Below the pieces are notes generated by a model. It was not told the origin of the DNA, searched no databases, and saw only the letters and a list, made by a program, of their open reading frames with translations. From assembly GCA_964252035.1 (NCBI GenBank), contig OZ176200.1: 64,000 nt of DNA. The stretch is one strand, 5' to 3'. The position numbers and the translations under genes are program-made. Positions 55,601 through 64,000 of this stretch are shown in pieces. Every line of letters begins with the position of its first letter. The first letter of the stretch is position 1. Source of the DNA: Podarcis erhardii (Eukaryota).

Positions 55601-58600
55601 CCTATGGGCTTGCTTCGCAAGAAGAAAGCCCATAGGGAAATCTCCGGGGACCTCTTTTAAATGCTGGCGGTGGGGAGCAAAGCCTTTCCCCCCCCCTCCG
55701 GCCTTCAGAAGAGGTCCAGGAAGGCCCGCGGGGGCCAAAAGGCTTTGCTCCCCACCGCCAGCATTTTAAAAGCAGTCCGGGATAGCAGGGAAGCGCTTCC
55801 CGCTATCCCGGACGGCTTTTGAAGGCAGGCAGGGGGGAGCAAAGACTTTCGCCCCCCGCCGGCCTTCAGAAGAGGTCCTGGACCTCTTCTGAAGGCTGGC
55901 GGGGGGCGAAAGTATTTGCTCCCCCCCGCCTGCCTTCCCGGGGGCTTTAAAATCGCCCCAGGACAGCGGAGAAGTCCTCTGCTGTCCCGGGGTTTTTTAA
56001 AATGCTGGGGGTGGGAAGAAAAGCCCTTGTCCCCCCCCCCCCGGCCTTCAGAAGAGGTCGGGGGACAGACTGTCCCCGGACCTGGTCTGAAGGCGGTTTC
56101 CATAGGAACGCATTGATTGATTTTCAATGCATTCCTATGGGAAACCGTGCTTCGCAAGACGAAAAACTCGCAAGACGAAAAAACTTGCGGAATGAATTAA
56201 TTTCGTCTTGCGAGGCACCACTGTACTAGAATTAATCACTGTTAGGTTTTTGAGCATTTTGTAGCTTATTTTCTTATATAGCTTGTAGATACCTATATAA
56301 TTATCTTGCATAATTCTTATTTTTAATCAATTAGAAATCCTTGTACTTCAGCACCTAGCCAAGAAGATACACATGACTTTAAATACTGAGCAGGTATGTT
56401 CTGTGAAAAGACACTTGAATTTCTCAGCTAACAGATACCAAGAGTTCTCTCTTACTTGAATGATAAATGTCATAAAACCTTAAGTCCCTTTGCAATTTTT
56501 CTAGTCTAGGAGACAAGTAAAAGCTACGAAGCAGCAGATGCTTGTGGCTAATTATGTTTGCCTGATGCAGAATTTAAAAAAAATCAGAACTAAACTGCTG
56601 ACTCACTGTAGATAATTTAACTCCAGTGTCTTCTACAACATTGTTAAATCAAAACAGGCCATTTAAATCATAGGTCAATAGGAGGATTTATTTTAGAGCT
56701 TTCTGCCATCTAATAATAACTGCCCTTTTAGATCCAGGGTGAATTGATTTAAATTAGTCATTTAAAATCACCAACAACCAAAACAACCAACAGAAAACAA
56801 CCTAATTTAACTCAACTTTCCTATTTCGTAATTCTTGCATTTCCTAAACCTGAGTGCACACGGAGTGGTTGCTATTACCATTTAACCATATTGGCTTGCA
56901 ACTATAGTCATTGAAGATAATCCAAATCTCACATGGTTTTAGCTCTACCCTGTTATATCTGCTTCAAGGCAAGTGGGGAAACTGTGAACATGACTAAGAA
57001 CATAAGAAGAGTCCTGCTGTATCAGACCAAATAACTATTTAGTTGAGTATTCTGTTTCCCACAGTGGCCAACCAAATGTATATGGGAAGCCCACAAACAG
57101 AACATGAGTGCAACAGCCATCTCCCATTGTTGTTTCCCAGCAACTAGTATTCAGATGAAGTCCTGTGCCCTTATGCACTCAGTCAGCCAAGGAATATCTG
57201 CTTATTGGACAAGAATCAGCAACACACACTTACTTTTCATTCATTTCCAAACACCAAATTTCCAACTCCATGGAATCCCCCTGCAGTGGAAAAAGGAATG
57301 TTTAAATAACATCTTTGTGAGATGCTCAATGAATGGGAAAAACCTGCAAAATAAGTTTATCATCATATGAATAATCTTTTTTGATCTTACTGTGGTTCCT
57401 TTGGAAGTTGAATGGAGACACAAAATTCAAAATACTTCATGTAATAATGAATTTGTAGCTATGGTTTGCTCCTTCTGATTCATAAGATTAAAGATTTGTA
57501 TATAAAAACAGGAGCACCTTTCCCCCCTTGTGAGATGCGCTCAGCTTCCTTTTGACTTCAAATGACAAATGGCCTCAACAGTTTGGCCCCAGCCCACATG
57601 CTTCTGATGGGCTGTTTGTTGAAAACAGTTTGTTTGCTTGTTTAAAGCTCAACCCTATACGTGGTAACCATCATAAAGTTCATGTTTTATTTTTCTAATG
57701 ATGATTATTTTAAAAACAGATACTGTATTTAGGCTGAAAAACTATTTTGGATAGTTAGGGTGCCTCTACACAACCCTCTATAAAGAATGTGACAACAACA
57801 TAGTAACTGCAGTTTATGACCTAGGGTGGCTCTTTTTTATGTATAGACTCTCCTTAACAGTGTCAGTAGTGGTGCGCTAAAAAACACTTGCAATAGATAT
57901 CATGTGTATAGTATGAAGACATTGCTGACATGAGCCTTAAAGCATGAAGATGGCAGAAGTATAGTTTTGCTTAGGCTTTACCTCAGAGGTTTTGAGAGAG
58001 ATTTCCACACACATTGACCGCCCAACAGCAGGCAGCTGTCCTGCCAAGGCTTTTTTTGCTTCATGGGTAACTTCTGGGATATCTTTGATTGCCAAGTTGA
58101 ACTGCAAAATTAAGAGAGTTGATTTTACTTTTGAGGAACTTATTTGAGAAATCTACCATGTGTCACACAACAGGAATGTATGTATTGGAACTTACAACTT
58201 ACTGTATTTACTCAAATGTAATGCACACCTTTTTTTGCCAAATTTCATCACAAAAATTAGTGTGCGCATTAGATTTGATGCCGCATTTACATTCGTAAGC
58301 AAATACTTTTTTGGTTTCCAGGTTTTGAAATTTGAGGTACACATTAGATTTGTATAAAGATGACAACAGGACAAAATATTCTCTGCTGTCACACACTGAT
58401 GATTACTAATAACAGTCTTGCTTTACTTTTTTTTGTAAAGCAGATAATATGATCACAAAAATTTCCCAGCTCCTTCATTGTTCTCTCTATTTACAGTTCC
58501 TCTCTTGAGAGCTTTTATCAGAGCCACAGATGAAAAGCAATTAAGAGAAATCTACCCATAATCAGCTGAGGTAGAAACTATTCAGACATATATATTATTT

Positions 58601-59658
58601 TTATATCCAGTACCACAAGATGCCCAAATAGTAGTTTTATGTGGTTAAAAAGAAAAGGAATACTGTTTTAACATTTTTGCATGGTTCTATGTCTGCAGTT
58701 CTGCTTCAGTCTTTTGTTTCCTGTATCTTAACATGACACAAGTATGGGAATAATGGGATTGCTATGAGGAATATAGTTTACCCAGTCAGAGCCTGTTGGC
58801 GAGGAGGATGATCGAGTACAGATTTTTTCACCAAGTCGGGCCTGGACAATCACTTGTACAGTCTGAAAGAGAAAATATGAGATTTGTGAGAAGTCAAGAT
58901 TTGTTACTAAACAGGAGAGAGATGAGATGAAACACAGAAACAAAAGTAACCGCTTTCACTACTTCAGTGTTTTTGTTGGTCTTCCATGATTTTATCCTTC
59001 CCCTCTTGCTGTCGAGATCATTCACCTCTCTTGTTGGTAAAAACCATACATTTCTCCTTTAATCTGTACATACGCTTTACCAGCTTGCTCTGCAACATCT
59101 ATACTAATCTCAGTCAATCAGCGCAGGACAATCAATGGGTGCTATAGGATGCTGTCTATAAGCAAGGCTTTGATATCTAAATACCTCCCTTCCCTTCCCT
59201 AACCTCACCACTGTGTGGCTTCCTGCTTTGTCTACCTGGAATCCCAGTTCCAAACTCCCTTTCCTTGACTCTTAAGCATATGTGATTCAGTCCCAAGGTC
59301 TGCAGAAAAGTCACCTGACAGTCAAATAAGAGCTTGTCATATTCAAAAGCTGGATGACTATGGGGCTTTGTTTTGTTTTGATACTATAATCTATATTTTT
59401 AGAAATCCAAATGAAGTCAGAGATCAGCAGAAAATGTTGTTTTAAAAGGTTTTGACATTGCATCAATCAACATTATGGCATGGCAGCATGTGGCACCTGC
59501 AATAAGTACAGGGAGTTTTGGTTTGTCACAGTGCAACAGGAATGTGGGTTGTGTTTTTTTTACTTCTATTCCAAAAAACAAAAAATTACCTTCAGGGCAA
59601 AAAATTTGATGAACTTGTCCAGGTCCTTCCTGTCCTGGGAGCTGAGATCAGTGTCCAT
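43533..59658 (-). CDS. ATG13: Autophagy-related protein 13; gene span, 17 coding exons, 550 aa (517 aa without the 33-aa cassette)
   Basis: Exons 59590-59658, 58782-58862, 57982-58101, 57234-57280, 55120-55260, 54371-54411, 53866-53962, 53477-53575, 52138-52225, 50464-50562, 49269-49379, 48598-48737, 46479-46596, 46084-46161, 45788-45904, 44883-45011 and 43533-43610 sum to 1653 nt, GT-AG and phase-consistent. Motifs: [20 protein letters not shown] (HORMA start), DDFVMVDF (LIR), [10 protein letters not shown] (ULK1-binding end). Confidence 0.97.
43677..43808. mobile_element. hAT MITE family A-like copy in ATG13 last intron
   Basis: ccctccagatgttgttgaactccaactcccatca...gggatgatggg...cacaggctcctcacccctg. 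Confidence 0.65.
44883..45011 (-). CDS. ATG13: ATG13 exon ([25 protein letters not shown]...MAEDL)
   Basis: 129 nt, ttctag| and |gtatgc. Confidence 0.96.
45265..45343 (+). mobile_element. LINE 3' end (L2-like) with (TTA)n tail
   Basis: gggagctgcccagagtggctggggcagcccagtcaaatgggcggcatataaataataaattgttattatt. Confidence 0.55.
45788..45904 (-). CDS. ATG13: ATG13 exon with LIR (VNPPDSPE...HDDFVMVDF)
   Basis: 117 nt, caacag| and |gtaagt. Confidence 0.95.
46084..46161 (-). CDS. ATG13: ATG13 exon ([17 protein letters not shown])
   Basis: 78 nt, ttctag| and |gtaaga. Confidence 0.95.
46479..46596 (-). CDS. ATG13: ATG13 exon ([12 protein letters not shown]...[14 protein letters not shown])
   Basis: 118 nt, ctctcag| and |gtaatt. 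Confidence 0.95.
48598..48737 (-). CDS. ATG13: ATG13 exon ([14 protein letters not shown]...)
   Basis: 140 nt, ctccag| and |gtaagt. Confidence 0.94.
49269..49379 (-). CDS. ATG13: ATG13 exon ([26 protein letters not shown]...HPHQ)
   Basis: 111 nt, phase 0/0, ttcttag| and |gtattc. Confidence 0.93.
50464..50562 (-). CDS. ATG13: ATG13 in-frame cassette exon ([33 protein letters not shown])
   Basis: 99 nt, phase 0/0, gtgttcag| and |gtgagt; resembles the extra 33-aa segment of longer vertebrate ATG13 isoforms as I recall it. Confidence 0.85.
52138..52225 (-). CDS. ATG13: ATG13 exon ([29 protein letters not shown])
   Basis: 88 nt, ttacag| and |gtaaac. Confidence 0.94.
52527..52616. mobile_element. 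90-bp MITE with 8-bp TSD (hAT-type)
   Basis: TIR CATAGCTGTCAAC / GTTGACAGCTATG; TSD ctgtagaa / ctgtagag. Confidence 0.8.
53477..53575 (-). CDS. ATG13: ATG13 exon ([22 protein letters not shown])
   Basis: 99 nt, ttgcag| and |gtgagg. Confidence 0.96.
53866..53962 (-). CDS. ATG13: ATG13 exon ([31 protein letters not shown])
   Basis: 97 nt, ccatag| and |gtgaga. Confidence 0.96.
54371..54411 (-). CDS. ATG13: ATG13 exon ([13 protein letters not shown])
   Basis: 41 nt, ctcatag| and |gtatgg. Confidence 0.95.
54416..54436. repeat. (GA)n microsatellite forming the polypyrimidine tract of an ATG13 acceptor
   Basis: On the minus strand (CT)n directly precedes catag|54411. Confidence 0.9.
54594..54668 (+). 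mobile_element. LINE 3' end (L2-like) with stem-loop and (TTA)n tail
   Basis: gccgccctgagcccggcttcggctggggagggcgggatataaataaa followed by a (tta)n tail; similar tails at about 45265-45343 and 16410-16500. Confidence 0.6.
55120..55260 (-). CDS. ATG13: ATG13 exon ([21 protein letters not shown]...YVILY)
   Basis: 141 nt, ttttag| and |gtaata. Confidence 0.96.
55506..56223. mobile_element. pogo/Tigger-type MITE (family T1, 718 bp, GC-rich repeated cargo)
   Basis: Same TIR and TA TSD; CpG retained; recurring ggccttcagaagaggtc units. Confidence 0.9.
57234..57280 (-). CDS. ATG13: ATG13 exon ([15 protein letters not shown])
   Basis: 47 nt, tgcag| and |gtaagt. Confidence 0.95.
57982..58101 (-). CDS. 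ATG13: ATG13 exon ([17 protein letters not shown]...ISLKTSE)
   Basis: 120 nt, tgcag| and |gtaaag. Confidence 0.96.
58782..58862 (-). CDS. ATG13: ATG13 exon ([27 protein letters not shown])
   Basis: 81 nt, ttcag| and |gtaaac. Confidence 0.96.
59590..59658 (-). CDS. ATG13: ATG13 coding exon 1 ([23 protein letters not shown])
   Basis: Acceptor before 59671, ATG at 59658 (gcaATGG), donor AAG|gtaatt. Confidence 0.96.
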
Positions 59659-62211
59659 TGCATATGGAAATCTAGAATAGAACAGGCATAAATATTCCAA
59701 TTTGTTACTAACAGGAGAGCTTACTATATTATTTAAACTAATCAAAGTTAACGAACTTCAGGAAACTATGGTAATCTTAAAGAGACATAAAACTAATCTT
59801 AACCTTGCTGAGATAAATTTGTGTGATTTACATTAATAAACTACTAGCCACGAAGAGAATATGCACCAGTGAAAAGTTTATGTGCATTTTCAGAATCAGC
59901 CCAGTTGTTATGGGAACTGGAGCAGGAAAAGATCACATTTCATTTAAGCTGCTGAACTTGCTAGAACTAAGTGCCAAATGAGTTTGGTCATTATATGCAT
60001 TTAAAGAAGCACATTTGTACAAAGCAACGAGAGTCTACACATGGAAGTCATTCTTTGCATAAAAATTGACCTATGTAGGCAACAGAGCAGTACTGCCAGG
60101 TGAGTGACTCCCTGATGGCAGTATAGCTGATGATATTTTTATTAAGTCCTCCAGTTGTGTTGCTGGAGTGGATATGTGGGCAGAGCTGGCATTTGTCATG
60201 TCACAGCCCTACTGTAGCTAAGTCATACTTATGAGCAGGTGCTAGTCTGTGAAAGTTCATGCCATAATAAATGTCTTCAAGATACCCCCAGACACTCCCC
60301 ACCATCCCATCTCTCCACCATCCCAGAATGCTTCACAGGTACATTCCTTGAAACAATATAATGTTAAAATGCAATGGACTCAGCACTGGGCAAAAGTGCA
60401 AAGTACACCTGAATAATACTGTCTCTTTCTCTAAACAGGTGTGATATTTGATAAACTATTTCATTTCTTGATAAATGAACAATGATACCTACCTAGTTAT
60501 CATGAAACTGTGACAGATAAAATGCAGTGCAGAACAAAAAGGGCCAACAGATTTGACCTAAGCTGTAGTTAGGAAAATTTGCATGTTTGCTTGCTGAAAA
60601 TAAAGTTTTATATATCAGAATTTGACCAATATATGGATCATGAGCTGGATACAGATTAAGTCGTGCTTGAGAAGACCCACTGAAATCAATGGAACACAAA
60701 TTGACTAACTTGTCCCATGAATTTGAGCGGATCATGCTAAACATCACACACTATTTTTCTCAGTAACCAATGTTACTGAATACAGCTGGAGCCTTAATGT
60801 CAGAATATTTATTTTCAGCCCAGAGGATAACCAACATTATCTAAAAGGTGATATTTTTTACCTATGAGCTAGTCAGGTCAGGGAACTATTGGGTTCTAGG
60901 CTTCAGAAAGCCTTTTTGCAACTGACATCCCCATCCTCACATGAAAATCAATACACACAAACTGTAGCACTTATCAAAATTTTCATTTTTGAAGTTTTGA
61001 AGAAAAACTTCCATTATATAAGGGAAATCTAACACAAATTCACATATGTGACACACCTTCTTTGTGATGGTCTATTGTATATTTCAGACATGCTTGTGCT
61101 TTACTGCATGGTGGTAATTTCCACGGGACCAATCCCACTCTAAACCCTTGTTGCTTTTAGTGCCTCTTTCCTGAGTAACTATAATACACAGCATATCTAA
61201 AGCAAAATATTTCATTTATTATTATTTATATAACACTTTTCAGGTAAATCTCACAAAGCGGTTTACAAAAAAAAATTAAATTAATAAGTATTAATTAAAA
61301 CGGAGTACTAAAGCAGCAAAAACAAATTACAATGACTTTTTTTCCAAAAGCTAGATATCGCCTTCTCTCAGATCAAAACTGTTCTTCAATAACACTGTGG
61401 TGGCAGGTTTCTTTTTACAGGGTAAGGAAACAGCTTTCTTTGCTCTCCATTCTGGCAGACACATTTAAAACAAAGGGTGTTAAGAAATGAGTAACCTCAA
61501 CCCATATAGTATTTCAATGAGAATACAGGATGGACAATTATACTGGTTATGTCTCTCAGTGCAGTGATTCTAGAACCTTCACAAGGTACTAGAATATCAG
61601 AGATACTTCATGATTCTCGGGTTACAGATCATTCACTTTGGGCCAAGCTGTAGCTCAGTAGTAAGGCATTAACTTTGGAGGCAGAAAGTTCCAGGTTTAA
61701 TCACCAGTTAAAAGCACTTGGGTCACAGGAGGATGTGAAAAACTTTGGTTCAACAACTTTGAAAGCTACTGCCAGTCAAAATAACCAATAATGGGCTAGA
61801 TGCACTCAGTATAAGTTTTCTATTTCACAAGGCTTTCCATTTAACAGGAGCATTGCTTTCTCTAGTGCAAACTCCTTAAAAGCAGGAAAACATTTTAAAA
61901 GAGCCCAATAAAAAAATTCAAATAAAAGCCAAACACATCTGGGTGACACACAAAGCATTTATGAACCTGCTCCTCCTTTGCCTGTTTACCATGTTGCAGT
62001 TGTCTTGGCAACATTTGCATAATAATCTCCTAAGAGGAACAAGAAACACTAGATAGAGCTCCAACTTAGGGGTTGATTCTTTCAGGAGAAATAATTATCC
62101 TTGAATTCAAGTCCAGGCAGATCTAATGTATGCCACCTCACCATTAGTCTTTCTTGGACCCAGAGAACTGAGTGTAATGTTAAAGGCAAGAAATTTCAGC
62201 CTGCTCAGTAC

Positions 62212-62256
62212 CTTGAAAGGAGAGTTTGTGGGAATCCACTGTAAGTTACTGATTTC
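62212..62256 (-). other. ATG13: Candidate ATG13 5'UTR exon (45 nt)
   Basis: Acceptor tttttaattcag|G, donor CAAG|gtactg. Inferred from splice signals only. Confidence 0.4.
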
Positions 62257-63519
62257 CTGAATTAAAAAACAACAGCTACATGTAATAATAATCATAAATT
62301 ATTTAACAACATTAGAAGAAAACTGACTATATAATATTTTGGGCCAGTAAGAATATGTTGCAGTATGGAGTGCTTCTGTATAGTGCTCCAGTCAGCCAAG
62401 CCTTCCTTCCTTACACTCCTGGCATCACCTACCTCAGTCAATGTACTCAGCCTTCAATGGGCTGTTTTGACTCCCTTGCCTCAACCTAAAGATTTTTAGT
62501 ACTTTTGCAAGCTGGGATACCCAGAAGCCTGCTGATATCTCTCTCTTGTGCATGCATGGTAATGTTTTGATTACATAAACACTGGCACTTGGATAATAGA
62601 ATTTGCTCTTAGTACAGATTCTATGATAGAAAGCATATGTTTATAAACTTGACAAGCTGGATCTCATTTTGTTCTGGAATGAAAATTAATTCTGTTACAT
62701 TATGAACATATATTTCTAAATTTGGAGAAAATACTAAATATGATGTCCTAAAGACCTATGGTTCACTTATCCCCATTTATTATATTTCCTAAAATAGTGA
62801 GACAGCTTACAAGAATTCCCCATTTTGTACCTCCTGAGGGCTGCTTCCAATGTGCATAGTATAATGTGTACCTACAACACTGCCCACTATGTGCAAGAAC
62901 CATATTCTGTTTGATTTGTGTGCGCACTACAGATGTCATCAAACACCACGGCTGGCTCTGGGGTCCCTCAGTGAATGCAGCATACATGAAAATCAACTAG
63001 AGCAGACATAAAATTCTAACACTTTACAAGGAAACCTATTGGCAGATATAGTACACAGAGGCATATGCCTTAATTCCTGTAAATATGAAGCAGCCCTATT
63101 TTAGGTTTTGAGGTAGATTTTCTTCTTGATAGGAACCAAACTATGATTATCAACTTTTTTATTCTTGTTGTTACAACAAACTGGAAGGTAGCAAACATTG
63201 CTTAGTCCCTAAGTTAATATAAATTCTAGGGGAAAAGAAATGTAATTTTAAGGCAAATAAAAACATGTTTCTAAAATGCCTTTTCTCTTTTATTGAAATT
63301 CAAAAAAGCCAGTGATTCTAAATAAACTATTTTTTGTTTATGCGAATGGCCTAGTTTTTCCATTACGCAATAGGTATTTTAAAGACCCAGAGCCACATTC
63401 CAATGCAGAGTTAGGCACACCAAGACTGAAGTACTAAACATATTAACTAGAGAGAAAGTCCCACTCCTCGCAGCAGAATTGCACTGTTTTGGTTAAGATT
63501 TCAGTGAACTTAAGCATAC

Positions 63520-63586
63520 TTGAATTCGTGTTGAATTGTGGCCCAAGAGTTAGAAAAGCCTCACATTATTTCAATCACATTGTTGC
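63520..63586 (-). other. ATG13: Candidate ATG13 5'UTR exon (67 nt) with two ATG-TGA elements
   Basis: Acceptor ctaaatctttcag|G, donor TCAA|gtatgc. Inferred from splice signals only. Confidence 0.4.
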
Positions 63587-64000
63587 CTGAAAGATTTAGA
63601 AATATCTCTAGATCAAAAGACCATGAGGTCAGATCACATGATGAAGACAAAGTATGCAGCATAAAGAGTGGCAGCTTGATCCTCAAAGGAACACATGATG
63701 TAGAACTAGTTAGTGAAAATACGTCCTGTGTTGCTGGAATCCTTTGAATACTGTTGCTTTAAAGCAGCTTAATCAGTTATCAACAGCAGATCTGAAACAA
63801 CGTCAGTCAACAAAACTCCCTTTTGGCAAGGTCATGAAATAAGTTACAGATATATTCAAGCTCCCACATCACACATGCTAAGAAATTTAGTGGTGCAGCT
63901 GGGTTTAAACCCAAGGTCATGCACGTGCCACGTCATACACATCCTCAAGGAGGTTTTATTTTCTGTACTCCTTAGGTTCTGAAAGGTTTGTCTAGAAGTA

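Noticed and set aside
55406-56229. 110-150-aa ORFs and repeated units that might suggest a CRISPR-like array or transposase
   Set aside because: They lie inside a GC-rich MITE; units are irregular and partly inverted, spacers are not unique, and there is no DDE motif.
60000-64000. HARBI1 or the ATG13 promoter expected from synteny
   Set aside because: No CpG island and no Harbinger-transposase-like frame is visible; they probably lie beyond the window end.

Overview
Vertebrate genomic DNA, probably a squamate. The repeat types suggest a lacertid lizard, which is an inference. The window holds three genes in the order known from human 11p11.2. ZNF408 (minus strand) contributes its 5' PR/SET-like exons, and its zinc fingers lie before base 1. 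It shares a CpG-island promoter head-to-head with a complete ARHGAP1 (plus strand; 12 coding exons, 435 aa; BCH/Sec14 domain, proline-rich linker, RhoGAP domain). Tail-to-tail follows a complete ATG13 coding region (minus strand; 17 coding exons, 550 aa including a 33-aa cassette), whose first exon is probably beyond the window end. Introns carry many TA-flanked pogo/Tigger-type MITEs, hAT-type MITEs with 8-bp target-site duplications (TSDs), nested L1 fragments, an RT remnant, CR1/L2 tails and a tRNA-Lys-derived SINE. The most unusual signal is a degenerate Rho-GTPase-like reading frame antisense inside intron 1 of the RhoGAP gene. It was recognised by eye from motif order and needs an HMM search. 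Also notable are candidate uORF and start-stop elements in the ATG13 and ARHGAP1 leaders, a candidate ATG13 poison microexon, and an L1-in-L1 insertion with a clean TSD. All similarity calls come from recalled protein families, and no database search was run.
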